Source of the DNA: the human T2T-CHM13v2.0 reference genome, Homo sapiens
Strand: one strand, 5' to 3'
Length of the DNA stretch: 64,000 bases
Assembly (NCBI RefSeq): GCF_009914755.1
Contig: NC_060930.1
The notes under the pieces were generated by a model, which was not told the origin of the DNA, did no database searches, and saw nothing but the letters and a program-made list of their open reading frames with translations. Below are positions 1 to 13,396 of the stretch, piece by piece. Position 1 is the stretch's first letter. Every line of letters begins with the position of its first letter. The position numbers and the translations under genes are program-made.

Positions 1-1028
1 TTTTTTTTTCACTGCATAGCTGCAGAAATTGTGTGAGCATTTTGGGACTGTCAAACTCCCATCTAACTTTGTGAAGAATTCTTCTGAGTGGATTTTATTG
101 GTTTCAGCTGGAGAATCCACCCCACACCCCGCCCCCCACCACTAGCAGAAAGCCACATGCCCACCAAGCACTGCCTCTCTCCTCCTGCCCTGAAGTGATC
201 AGAAAGCAAGAGTTCACCACGGGGGAAAACACGTGGAGTCAATTTGTGCCTCAAGTTAGTCCACAGCTTTCCACAATCTACAAGAGATAAGGTGGGGATA
301 GCAACATCCCAATAGGCACAGCAGCCCAGAGCACTTCTCCTTTGCAAAGGGTATTTGTCCCTCTTTTTCTTTGTGGCAGGCAGTGGGTTTGATTTTTCTA
401 AATGTTCAGTAGAAGATTGTTCAGATTTTTCTTTCTAAAACTTTCTGGAGCTTCAGCAGCACTAACGTATTCTATATCAACATGCACAATGGAAAAATAT
501 TACTGGCACCAAATAAATAAATAAGGACTATTTAAGGAAAGGGGTGGGGTGGGAGGTTGCTGGGAACATCTGCTCCTGTTCACAACATTCAAGCCGGCCC
601 ACCTCGAAGCGCCCCCCAGCCCTGCTAGATCTTGATGCTCTGATGTTCACAAAGCAGCTCAGCTCTCCTCCGAGTCACCATGTCAACACTGGGGATCCAA
701 CCCAGTGTTGAAAAGCTATGTGGGGACCTCCTTCAGGCATAGGCTGTGAACAGAGGGAGCAATCACTTCAGCTCTCTTTGCTCAGACACCAAATGTGAGT
801 CTTTGCCAACTCCTTGGCTTTGAGGACAAGCTTTAAGGAAGACAGTTGCTGGATAATATTTCCCTTGTTGGAGATAAACTCTAAATTCTTCCAGGCCATG
901 AAGAAGGAAAAAATCCTGACGATAAATGAATCTAGCCAAACAATCTTCACGTTAGGAACACTGTGACAACTTCCTCGCCATTAAAATGCACTTAAAAGGG
1001 GGCATTTCTACAGTGATTCCCCAGAAAA

Positions 1029-1051
1029 CGTGTGTGTGTGTGTGTGTGTGT
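1029..1051. repeat. (TG)n microsatellite
   Basis: Direct run of tg dinucleotides. Confidence 0.95.
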
Positions 1052-1184
1052 TTCTGGAGTAGGGAGTAAGAGTTCATGTAGACCTCAAGATACATATGAC
1101 TTAAAATTTCAGTGTACCTCTTTGTATTAAGAGTATTTTCACTGAAATGCCAAAAAAAGGAAGTCCACTGGAGTCTGTGACTTT

Positions 1185-1403
1185 TTAATTGTGGTAAAAA
1201 TACATAACATAAAATTTACCATCTTAACCATTTTTAAGTAAACAGTGCAATAGTGATAACTATATGCACATTGTTGCTCAACAGATTGCTAGAACTTTTT
1301 CATCTTGCAAAACTAAAACTCTACACCCACTGATAACTTTCCTTTCCCACCCCCCCTTCCCAGTCCTGGGGAACCACCATTCTACTTTCTGCTTCTCATG
1401 GTT
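1185..1403 (-). mobile_element. Old L1 (L1MA/MB-type) 3' end fragment
   Basis: Typical 'aattgtggtaaaaatacataacataaaatttaccatcttaaccattttt' terminus. Flanked by degenerate direct repeats ggagtctgtgactttt / ggagtccctgactttt. Confidence 0.7.
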
Positions 1404-1424
1404 TGGAGTCCCTGACTTTTAAAA

Positions 1425-1575
1425 CTGGAAAGAACTTAAAAGCCATCTAATAAACCTTCCACTCTCAGCTAAGTAACCTGAGCTGTGGAACATTTAAGTG
1501 ACTGATTCAAGGTTGGCCAGTGAGTCATGGAGCCAGGATTCAGGCCTCTGTTGTCCAAACCCAGCTCTGTCCTCT
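1425..1575. mobile_element. MIR SINE remnant
   Basis: Degenerate MIR core (aagtgactgattcaaggttggccagtgagtcatggagccaggattc). Confidence 0.55.
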
Positions 1576-2610
1576 GTGTAGCATCATATCAGTAATAATA
1601 TTATGGTTTTAGTTGTCTCCTATCATCCAAATCAATGCTCATTTATATGCAAAGAAATCATTTTGCAGTAATTAATATTATAAACATCAAATTGCAATTC
1701 CAGAAATATTCTGTAAATTCAGTAAGACAGTCAAAGAAAATTTATGTCTATCACATAATCCTCCCCACTCTGCTTAGGTTTGAGATAACAGTATAAAATT
1801 CTGATAGAGAGTCTGGAATAAGCTCTGTGTTAGAATTTAGATCTAATTTAAATGTTAGGCATTTAGCCTAGATAACTGAAAATTCTGGGGAGAGTTCAAG
1901 TACATAAAAGGTGGGAAAGGGTTTTTTCACTTGCAATGGAGTTACAGTAAGTACAAGAGGAAAACAATGTGCTGATCACAGGGTGGTTAAATATAAGAAT
2001 GGATGACCCAATAATGCCATGAACTCACCTTTTCTGAAGGCCATTAAAATCTGTTTCCAGATTCTTATCAATGTGACATCACTGAAGGAAACCCTGGTAT
2101 TTCCTTGCCAGGCTTCAATTCTATGATACTAAACCACCAGGGTTTTCATAAGCTATCCTAGAGGTCCAGGGATGGACTGAAAAATAAATCAGAGGGACCA
2201 TCTGCAGCCTGGTGGGAGCTTTATCTCTTGGGCAAAACAGAGATTCTGAAAATATCCTGTATTGAATTCCACTTTGTCTCAAGATCCTCAAAGTCTACCT
2301 GGGTGACATCCCTAGAAGGCAACAGAAGGTTGAGTCCAAAGCTTTGACACCAGGGAGGCTTAACTTGCTTTTGTAAAATCACAAGCTTGAGCTGACACTG
2401 GAACTCCAAAAATGAGTCTCCCAGTTCTGCGGGCACAGTAAACGAACAAAGGACAGAGGAGCCACTGAGGCATACCAAAGCCATTGAGGGCAGCCATGAG
2501 ATTCATGATGAGGAGTTTAGACTACAGAGTCTAAACTCTGGTTTTGAGTCTCGCCTTTGGCTTTATGCCTCTGGACAATTCATCAAACCTGTCTCTGACT
2601 CAGTTTTCTT

Positions 2611-3803
2611 TTTTTTTTTTTTAGATTCAGGGGTACATGTGCAGGTTTACAGTGTACCTAAATTGCATGTCATGGAGGTCTCAGGTACAGATTGTTTCAT
2701 CACCCACGTAATAAGTATGGTACCCAATAGGTAGTTTTTCAGTCTTCGCCCTCCTCCCAACCTCCACCCTCATGTAGGCCGTGATGTCTGTTCTTTGCTC
2801 TTTGTGTCCATATGTACACAATGATTAACTGCCACTTATAAGTGAGAATATGTGGTATTTGGTTTTCTCTTCCTGCATTATTTCACTTAGGATAATGGCT
2901 CCATCATGTTGCTGCAAAGGACATGATCTTGTTCTTTGTTTATGGCTGCATAGTATTCCATGGTATATATGTACCACAATATTTTTGTCCATTCTACCAC
3001 TGATGGGTATTTAGGTTGACTCTATGTCTTTGCTATTGTGAATAGTACTGTGATAAACATATGTGTTCATATGTTTTTATGATAAAATGATTTATATCCC
3101 TTTGGGTATATAGCCAATAATGAAATTGATGAGTCAAATAGTAATTGTGCTTTGAGTTCTTTGAGAAACCCTCAAACTGCTTTGCATGATGGTTGAACTA
3201 ATTTACATTCCCGCCAGCAGTATATAAGCATTCTCTTTTCTCTGTAACCTCGCCAATATCTGTCATTTTTTTACTTTTTAATAGTAGCCATTCTGACTGT
3301 TGTGAGATGGTATCTCATTGTGGTTTCGATTTGCATTTCTCTGATTAGTAATGTTGAGCATTTTTTCATATGTTTGTTGGCCACGTGTGTGTCTTTTGAG
3401 AACTGATCATGTCCTTTGCCCTCTTTTTAATGGGATTGTGTTTTGTTTGTAAATTTGTTTATTTCTTATAGATTCTGGATATTAGATCTTTGTCAGATGC
3501 ATAGTTTGCAAATATTTTCTCCCATTCTGTATGTTGTCTGTTTACTCTGTTGATAGTTTCTTTCGCTGGGTAGAAGCTCTTTAGTTAGGTCCCACTGGTC
3601 CATTTTTGTTTTTGTTGCAATTGTTTCTGGAGTCCTTGTCATGAAATCTTTGCCAGGTCCTGTGTCCAAAATGGTGTTGCCTAGGCTGTCTTCCAGGGTT
3701 TTTATAGTTCTATATTTTACATTTAAGTTTTTAATCCATCTTGAGTTGATTTTTGTATATGGTGTAATGAAGGGGTCCAATTTCAATTTTTTGCATAGTC
3801 CAT
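2611..3803 (-). mobile_element. 5'-truncated L1 (L1PA15/16 or L1PB-like) inserted in a MIR
   Basis: Poly(T) at 2611. ORF2 C-terminal peptide ([18 protein letters not shown]) on minus strand. Exact 12-bp TSD ctcagttttctt at 2599-2610 and 3804-3815. MIR halves lie on both sides (~2520-2598, ~3816-3930). Confidence 0.9.
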
Positions 3804-6800
3804 CTCAGTTTTCTTACCCATAAAATGAAGATGATAATAGTAACTACCTCACAGGGTTGTGCTGAAAATAAAGTGAATTAATAGATCTAATTCACTTAGC
3901 ACAGTGCCTGGCCAATCATGAGCACTCAAAAAAAACCACCAGCAGTTATTATTAATAATCTACTCCACAATATGCACTGTGATCTTTTTACTCACTCTTT
4001 CTACCACTCTCTCCCTCTTCTTCCTTTCCTTGACACCTTCTTTCCTCTTATCACCTGCCTATGCCCCCACTCATTCCCATGGGCAAGATCAATCTTACTT
4101 TTGGCAATTTGAGGGACAGCCAAAAGGACTCTTCTGCCATAACATAAAAGTTCCTCTAAAATATAATTAGACATTCAATCCTCCAAATAAATAATCATTT
4201 TTAATGTAAAAGTCATGGCTTTTAATAATATTTAATAGCCATTAAATTATTAGCTTTATTCCTAATCACTCTGGCATATCCACTTATAATTCTATCTGTC
4301 TGAAATTATCTTGTTTACTTATTTTTAGTTTAGTACAGTTCTCCCCAAGCTCTCTAAAAACAGGAGCTTTACTATCTTGTTCACCATTATATCTCCAATC
4401 CCTACAGAAGAGTCTAGCATATACTAGATGCTCAATAAATATTTGTCAAATGTTGAATGGCTGAACTACTTACTCTCTTCCAAAATTTGCCGTGCTGTTC
4501 ACCCTCTGGTTCTCTCAATATGCTGTTTCCTCTGCATGGATTTCAAAATTCATTCCAGATATTCAGTGACTGCCTACTGTGTATTTCCCTGGCCCACTCC
4601 TGCCAGGTCTCCAGGACTCAACATGAGCATTTTGTCTTCCACAGGGCCTTCTCTGACCTACCCAGGCTGGATCACTGATCTTCCTGCCAGCTGCTGCAGT
4701 GCCCTTACCTGTCCTACTCCCAGCTTTGCATTCCTGAAATCTTCATATACCAGCAAAGCCCTGAATATAATAGATTGTCTACTATAAAATTTGTACTGGA
4801 TTAGATAATAACAAAACTGAGCTCTAACAGGGTTGGTGTGTATGTATAGGGATGGAGGAGGAGTCCGCAGAGCATAGTCACTTCTGTGACCGCCCCCCCA
4901 CCTCCACCCACCATGCTCTGTCCCTCTGCAAAATTCTAAATGGCTTCATGTCAGGCCTTGAGGATAACACGAGACGAGTCAAAACCATGAACACCAAAGG
5001 TGCGGCTGTATCACTGTCAGGTTTCCGATGGTGATAACTCTTTGAAGAGAGAAACTGTCTTCCTCACTGTTTCCCTACAATTGGCCCAATGTTGAAAAGT
5101 GTCAGAGCCTACACTCTGTACATGAATAAATGAATGTGCTAATTTCTATCAATTTAATTACTTTTGACTACAAAATTGTTGTTTTTAGTTTTTTAATCAA
5201 ATTTTTGAATCATTTTGATGATATGTTTGTCCCATCTCGATAACACAATGTTTAAAAATAAATGAAGATTTATTTCTACATATTCCTTCTCCAAGATAAA
5301 ATGATGCATTTAAGACACAAAATCCAGAAATTACATGGGCTCAGAATGGAATTCCAGACACTTCATCAGGGCTCAACTCTGACCCCAAATCAAGACACTA
5401 GGTGTTGCCACATCACCACTCACACACTTGGGTCAGGCCATTGTCCTGCATTTGACATTAATTGCACCTTCTGGACATATTTGCTGAGGGTTAAAAAGCT
5501 CTGAATGTGTGAAAGAGCAACTGGCAAGCACAGGCCAACATCAACATATTTAACCAGGGCAAGAATGGAAAAGATCTGGATGCTGGTTCTGAACTAGCTC
5601 CCTGGCCCCAACCCCAATGATAATCCAATAGCTTTGAGCCTTATTTCTCAAGTTAAGTCAGGTCCAGAGGACATTTTGAGAACCTCTATTTGTGGGAATA
5701 TGCCCTCAGATACCCATGGGAATAGGTAATAAAATGGGGTAAGACAAACATACCCAGTTTTATTTCTAGACTATATCATCAAAACAGAAATAGTCTAAAG
5801 TTGACAAATTTTCTCAACTGTACCATAGCAATGATTTATACATCCTGTAGTCTTAATATGGCCTCCAAATGTGTGAAAGAAGAGACTGTACCATTTCAAG
5901 ACATTCAATTTTTGATGTCAAAATAAGTTACTCTTTGTATCAGTTCCAGACAGTTAGGGACCTCACCCTGATATTTATCTGTACAACACATCCTCTTCCA
6001 AAATACTCTATTCCGTTGCTCTAAAAGAAAATACATTGGAATCATTTTGTGACAAATTTAGACATGTTGGGCAACAAAATATGTAGACAGTTGCTTGGTA
6101 TGCAATTAAAATACCATTGGTGGGAACAACTGGCTCTAGCAATAGTAAAAGGAAATACACTTTTCTCGTCAGGAAAACAATTCCAGTTGACAGTCTCACT
6201 GAGCAAAATGAGATGGAGGTCTCAGCATGGCTCCTGATAAGAGATCCACTTGACCCCCATTCTGCACCTAGGGAGTCATAAATACTTCTGGAAAGGAATG
6301 AGAGAGAGCTGCACACCCTTCACACTCTGAGTTAACAGACAACGCACAGCAGAACCCCTCAACTCTGCACACTCTGTTGGTGCAGCCCTCTGGGAAACAG
6401 TTGCAAGAGCTGACCTCAGATCTGAAATCACAAGCACTCCTCTCAGTGTCCTAGAGGGAACACATTTTAGCAAAAATGAACTAGAAGTCATCAAGAACAT
6501 GTGACACCTCCAAGAAGACCTATGCTGTAGTTTCTAGGGATACACCTGCCCTCTTCATTGTACTTTGAAAATTCCAAAATATTAGTTAAGCTTCCCATTT
6601 AATAATTTTTTAAAAGGTCAGTTTATTCCATGGTTTAACTAGAGTGAAAGAAAATCTTATCTCTCAGTATTCCCCTTTTTTAATAGAAAATGCCAAACAT
6701 GAGCAAAAATAGGGAGACTAATACAATGAACTTTTCATTTATTACCTAGCTTCAACAATTATCAAATAATGGCCAAACACATTTCATCTCTAACCTTGCA

Positions 6801-8004
6801 CGCTCCCCTCTGCCAATACTGGATTCCTTAAGGCAAATCTCAGACATCACATAATCTTATCTGTAAATATTTCAATCTGTAAATATTTCCATCTGTATCT
6901 TTGAAGGATAAGGGCTCTTTTTTAATATGGCCATTAACATATATAAAAACTGAAAAATAATTCTGTAACACCAACAAATATCCAGTCAGTAATCAGACTT
7001 CCCTGATTGTCTCATAATAGTTTTCATTGTTTGTTCAAATCAAGATCCATGTATTGCAATTGACATATCTCATATCTCAATCTATAGTGTTCTTTCTTCC
7101 CCTGTCTCCACCCACCCACCCCCCACACATACAATTTGTCATTGAAGAAACCAGGCTTTTTTCCTGAATAATTGTTCACACACTGCATTTTGCTGGCTGT
7201 ATCCTCATGGTGTCATTTAACATGTCCCTCCTCCCCTGTTTTTTCCTGAAAACTATTTGTTATGTATAGAGGCTTGATTACATTCAGGTCTGACTTTCTG
7301 ACAAGATACTTCATGAGTGGTTAAACATAGGGATCAGGTGGCACTTTATATCTAGTTGTCTCTCTTTTTGTGATGTTAGTAGCCATTGCAGATCATCCTG
7401 GATTGTCTCATTAATGGTTGCAAAATGGTGATATTCTCCATCTATCCTTTCTTTGTCTGTTATGAATACTTATTTAAAGAGATATGTTTCATCAGCAGCT
7501 ATTGGATTATCCTGAGGTATGCCTTGTAAAGAAAAGACGATAAAATTCTCAATTATTTCCCTTTATCACTTTTCAAAATAATGAGTTAGTTCCCTAGCAT
7601 CCTCAAAAGGATTTTTTGTTTTTATTTCTAAGTATCATTATGAACTCGTGAATTTTAAAGCATTTTGTATAATTTGATTTATTTCAGTTATTAGTTTACT
7701 GTTTATTGGTGCTCAAATTGTCCCATTTTTAACCAATGACAATCTCTTCAAGTTGGTTCTTGAGTTCTTTTCTCAGGATCCCATATTCTTTAATTAATCC
7801 CTGCTTTATGCTATAATATGTTTCAGGCTCATCTTGTACATTTTCTATTACAGACCTGGAGTTAGATAGTTCTTTAAAGAAACCTAGTTCTTTTCACTGG
7901 GAAATGGTATTCAGAACCCACAATGTGGGGGCTAGGGTGCTCCGTGCTACTGGATTGGTCATTTTTTCTTGAGATTCTCGATAGACAAATATAGAAAATA
8001 TGCT

Positions 8005-8293
8005 TTTTGAGATAAAGTCTTGCTGTGTCACCCAAGCTGGGATGCAGTGGCATGAATGAGGCTCACTGCAGCCTCCATCTCCTGGCCTCAAGAAATCCTT
8101 CTGCCTCAGCCTCCCAAGTAGCTAGAGCTACAGATACATACCACCACATCCCACTATTTTTTTTTTTTTTTGTAGAGGTGAGATTTCTCCAGTTTTCCCA
8201 GGCTGGCCTTGAACCCCACTGGGCTCAAGCAGTCCTCCTGCCTCAGCTTCCCAAAGTGCTAGGATTACAGTCATGAGCCACTGTGCCCAGCCC
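8005..8293 (-). mobile_element. AluJ
   Basis: Diverged dimeric Alu ending gagccactgtgcccagcc. Flanked by tagaaaatatgctttt / tagaaaatgttttt. Confidence 0.88.
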
Positions 8294-8344
8294 CTAGAAA
8301 ATGTTTTTTAAAAAACATATACCATACATTTTTACTGATATTTT

Positions 8345-8552
8345 TTCTTTTTCCTTTTTTTTTTTTTTTTGAGATAGGGTCTCACCCTGTCACCCAAGTT
8401 GGAGTGCAGTGGTGCTATCATGGCTTGCTGCAGCCTCAACATCTCAGGCTCAAGTGATCCTCCTGCCTCAGCCTCCACAGCAGCACCACCCTACTTGGCT
8501 AATTTTTTTTTTTTAAATAAAGGTGGGCGGTCACACAATGTTTTCTAGGCTA
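8345..8552 (-). mobile_element. Truncated AluJ/FRAM
   Basis: Poly(T) plus Alu right arm. TSD-like tactgatatttt on both sides. Confidence 0.8.
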
Positions 8553-10134
8553 AATACTGATATTTTCTATTTAAATCTATAATAATAGGGTTTTTACTTA
8601 ACTTCTTTGATTTTATATCTCTTTTCTCTTATGCTAAAAAATACTAGTTAACCATAAACATTTACATAATTATTCTCTTTGTTCTATAATATACGTGCAT
8701 AAGAGTTTCAGAATAACAATACTATTATTAAGAACACGATAACAATATATAGCCTAGATTTTGTATAGACCTTTATAGTCTTTAAGTGTATATACCACTA
8801 GGGATATGTTGTAAAGTATTGGGTTTTAAAGTCTCTTGGAATAGACCTTCATGTGGTGATGTCATCAACTTGATAATTGGATTCATTGGTTTTACTTTTT
8901 ATTTGCTATTTTATAGATTTATTTTTAAATTTTACTTCATTTCATAACTATATAAAATATGTACATAGTTTCAAAGTCAAATCTACAGATTCAAACATAA
9001 TTTAAGTGACTTTTTTCATTTTTGAGTATCCTATTCAATATCAGAATTTATATTTATATATATATATTCCTTTCTTTGATCACTTTTCTAATTTTGCTTC
9101 TTTCACTTAAAAATATATTAACAATATATCCTAGTGATCATGAAAGTATATAAACATATTCACTTACTTTACTTTTTTATAGTTGTATAGCACTCCTCTT
9201 TTATTTGTATAACTACATAGTACTCCACTGAGTGACTGTACCAAAATTTATTCAACCAGTCCTCTGTTATGGACACAGGTTGTTTCTAACCTTTTGGTTA
9301 CAAACATTACATTAATAAATTGTTTTGTGCCTAACTTGGGAGCTTATTTTTGTCTTCAGGATAGATTTCTAGAGGTGAAATTGCTTGGCCAAAAAATAAG
9401 TACATACATAATTTTGCTAGCTATTGTCAAAAGTCTGCAATAGTTTGCATTCCTACTCAAAATGCCTGAGTACTTATTTCTCCACAAACTGACAGAATTT
9501 AAAGTAAAATTTTTGAATTATTGCCAATGTGATAGCTGAGAAGTTATATCTTAGTATAGTTTTAATTTACATTTCTTTTATTATAAATAAGACTACCTAT
9601 CTTTTCACATTTCTAAAGGCTATTTAAACTGCTGTGAGTTATCAATATGTCATTTATTTTTCTGTAGAATTGTTGGTCTTTTTTTGTATTTAGAAGCCAT
9701 TGAAATAATAGAATATTAATCCTTTATCTGTGCTAGAAGTTGCAAATATTTTGCCAGCTTGCTGTTTTACTTTATTTGGGGGACAGGGGCACAAAAACAA
9801 TTTTTTGTTCCATGTTTATCAACTCATATTGCTTATGTATTTTGAATCATAAAATTTTTTTTCTCATTCCCAAGTTATAGAGAAATTCATCCATGTTTTT
9901 TATCTGATAATTGTATAGCTTCATTTTTATGGTAAATCTCAAATATATTTAGAATTTATCCTGATGTGTACTTTTTCCACATGGCTACCCTGTTATCCTA
10001 ACACTTGTCTATTTTGGATTTCATCTCCCACCAAAATAAAGTAAAAACTAAATCTAATCATGAGGAAACATCATAGAAACCAAAACTTGAGGGTCAATCT
10101 CTAAAATTACTGTCATGGATTTTTTATATTAAAA

Positions 10135-11075
10135 AAACTTTATTTTTAAGAGCTATTTTATGTTCACAGCAAAATTGAGAGGGAGGTATAGAGATTTTCT
10201 TTATACCCTGTGCCCCAACACACGCCTAGCCTCCCCTATTATCAACAGACCCTCTTCCCTCAGAGTGGTACATTGGTTAGAATAGATGAACCAACATTGA
10301 CACATCATTACCACCCAAAGTCCATATTTTTAGATTAGAGTTCACTCTTGGCATTTGCATTAGTCCATTCTTACACTGCTATAAATAGCTACCTAAGACT
10401 AGGTAATTTGTAAAGAAAAGAGGTTTAATTCACTCATAGTTCTGCAGGCTTAACAGGAACCATGACTGGGAGGCCTCAGAAAACTTACAATCATGGCGGA
10501 AGGCAAAAGGGAAGCACATACATATTTACAAAGGTGGAGCAGGAGAGAAAGAGAGAGAGTGAGGGGGGATGTGCCACACTTTGAAACCATGAGATCTTAA
10601 GAGAACTTTATCACTATCACCAGAACAGCATGGGGGAAGTCTGCCCCACCATGATCCAATCACTTCCCACTAGGTCCCTCCCCTGACACGTGGGGAATTA
10701 CAAGTCAACATGAGATTTGGGTGTGGACACAGAGCCAAATCTTATCAGTGTTTTATATCCCATAAGCTTGAGCAAATGAACAATGACATGTATTCATCAT
10801 TGCAGTATCATTCAAAGTAGTACCACTGCTCTAAAAATCCTTTGTGCTCTATTTATCCCTCCCCCATCCCAATCCATGGCAACAACTGATCTTTTTATTG
10901 TCTCCATAGTTTTGATTTTCTAGAATGTCATATACTTGGAATCATACAGTATGTACCCTATTCAAATTGGCTTCTTTCACTTAGTAATATGCATTTCAGT
11001 TTCCCCCATGTCTTTTCACAGCTTGATAGCTCATTTTTTAGTGTTGAATAACATTCCACCGTCTGGATGTGCCAT
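10135..11075 (-). mobile_element. L1MA/MB 3' fragment split by a MaLR LTR
   Basis: L1M 3' UTR motifs (ttcacagcaaaattgag...; ttctttcacttagtaatatgc) continue across the LTR. Confidence 0.65.
10356..10747 (-). mobile_element. MaLR solo LTR (THE1D/MSTA-like)
   Basis: tg(c)attagtccattc...ccaaatcttatca termini. 5-bp flanks gcatt / gtgtt. Confidence 0.85.
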
Positions 11076-11437
11076 CTGGCCTGTATTTTCCAAAATATAG
11101 CAATACAGCAATGGAAAAAGACAAAGAAAGGCAACTAAAGAGATATGACAACTGAAAGCAATATATGGTTCCAGTTTCCATATTGTACTTGCGGGAGCGG
11201 GGGGAAATGCTGTAAAGGACATTATTGGGAGAATTGGCAGAACTGGAATATGGGTTGTATATTAAAGTGCTTTGTTGATATTGAATGTCCCAAAACTGAT
11301 AATTCACTCTACTGTGAATATATATGAGAATATTCTTGCTCTTAGGAAATATACACTGACATATTAGCAGGTAAAGGAGCATGATGTATACAACTATTCT
11401 CAAATGATTCCAAAAATACATAAAATATGTGTGGGGG

Positions 11438-11462
11438 TGTGTGTGTGTGTGTGTGTGTGTGT
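11438..11462. repeat. (TG)n microsatellite
   Basis: Direct run. Confidence 0.9.
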
Positions 11463-12935
11463 AAAGAAAGAGACAGCGAGATAAAATAAATATGACAAAA
11501 TGTTTAAAATTGGCAAATGTTGCCAAAGATTATTTGAGGGTTCTTAATACTACTCTTGCAAGTTTTTTTTTGGTAAGTTTGAAATTATTTCAAATTAACA
11601 AAATAAACAAAATTCTATCTTTTCCCCTACTGAACTCAGATGCTGCTTGTATCATATTCTCCATACCCATTTGCAGTGAGCTTTATTCTGTCTCATTCTC
11701 TGTGAGCAAACACTACACTACTTTAATTATGGCAACTTTATAATATGTTTTGTATATTTTAACTAAGTTTTAAATAATATCTGAAAGAATTTATCCTTCT
11801 CATTGTTCTTCTTTTTCAGAGTTTTCCTGTATATTCTTCCTTCTTTGTTCCTTTTTACACAACCTTATGATACTTTTATTGGAATAATATTACATTTATA
11901 GATTAACTTATAATTGACAACTTTGTGATGTTTAGTCTTTCTATCCAAAAGCTTGATATGCATTCCCATTTGATGAAGTCCACTTTTGTGTTTTTCTGGA
12001 TGTTTTATAGTTTTTCTTAACTGTGTTTTGACACTTTGCATATTTTGCCATTATAAGTGCAATATTGTTTCCATTATATCTTTTAACAGGTTTCAATATC
12101 CCATTTGAGTTCCTGAATAAAAAGTTTTTAAATCATTTTACAATTATTCTAAGGCAGATATTTTCTGGCCTGTTTTTTGTATCTTATTGTTGCTGGTTGT
12201 GATGTGAAATTTTCAAAACAAAATATACTATCATTCACTGTAATTACTATTGCAAAGACAGGCTATGGTTAATACATGGGGAGATAGAAAACCCTGAATT
12301 CCAAAAGTTAAACGGGTTGAAAGCAACACATGGCAAACGACCTCAGCAATCTGCAGAAGGCTTGTATCTCCACCCCAAAAACCAAAGGAAGAGCACTGGA
12401 AAAAATTATTTAGTCTTGATGAAACGTTAACAAAATCTTTAAACTTGTTAGTGGCATCAGCATACCTGAAGAAAACATATGTGAACTAACTCTTTAATTA
12501 AATGTTAAGAATTTGTCGAGGTTTGTTCAGTTCTGTCAAGGAGGAAAATAACTGAAATATTTAAATTTTAAAAAAAAAGGAAGTCTGAGGACTGAAGAAA
12601 AACCCTCCAAACAAAACAAAATTCTTTATGATTCTGTATCTCGAGTATGTGCTTCCATACCTGCCAAGCAACTTTAAGGGAGTGAAAGCACTTGCCAACT
12701 TTCAAGTGTCCAGCCTCTCCCAGGCATATTTCTCACTGAAAACCAACCAATTCACCTGTGATGTACACATCAGTCTGTAGCGAGCCTGAGGGGAATACAG
12801 TCATCAGGCCCGGATGATCTGAGTGCAAACCCAGCACTGCAAGCCCAGAGGCCTCCTCAGGTGCTGACTTCTGCGTCTCAAACTGAAGGCAAGCCGTACT
12901 GGACACCGGAGGGAGATTAAAAACTATAGAATCAA

Positions 12936-13396
12936 GTGGGTGAAGGATATGAACAGACGCTTCTGAAAAGAAGGCATTTATGTGGCCAATAAACATATGA
13001 AAAAAAGCTAATCATCACTTGTCATTAGAGAAATGCAAATCAAAATCACAATGAGATACCATCTCATGCCAGTTAGAATGGCGATCATTAAAAAGTCAGG
13101 AAACAACAGATGCTGGAGAGGATGTGGAGAAATAGGAATGCTTTTACACTGTTGGTGGGAGTGTAAATTAATTCAGCCATTGTGGAAGACAGTGTGGCAA
13201 TTCCTTAAGGATCTAGAACCAGAAATACCATTTGACCCAGCAATCCCATTACTGGGTATATACCCAAAGGATTATAAATCATTCCACTATAAAGACACAT
13301 GCACACGTATGTTTATTGCAGCACTATTCACAATAGCAAAGACTTGGAACCACACAAATGCCCATCGATGATAGACTGGATAAAGAAAATGTGGCA
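12936..13396 (+). mobile_element. L1PA8-like 5'-truncated L1, left part
   Basis: ORF2 C-terminus ([33 protein letters not shown]). TSD actatagaatcaa at 12923-12935 and 20885-20897. Continues at 20485. Confidence 0.9.

Larger units (their letters stand above)
6670..10010 (-). mobile_element. Ancient degraded L1M (L1MC/ME-type) sequence interrupted by Alus
   Basis: T-rich degenerate L1 3' region motifs. Boundaries approximate. Confidence 0.5.
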
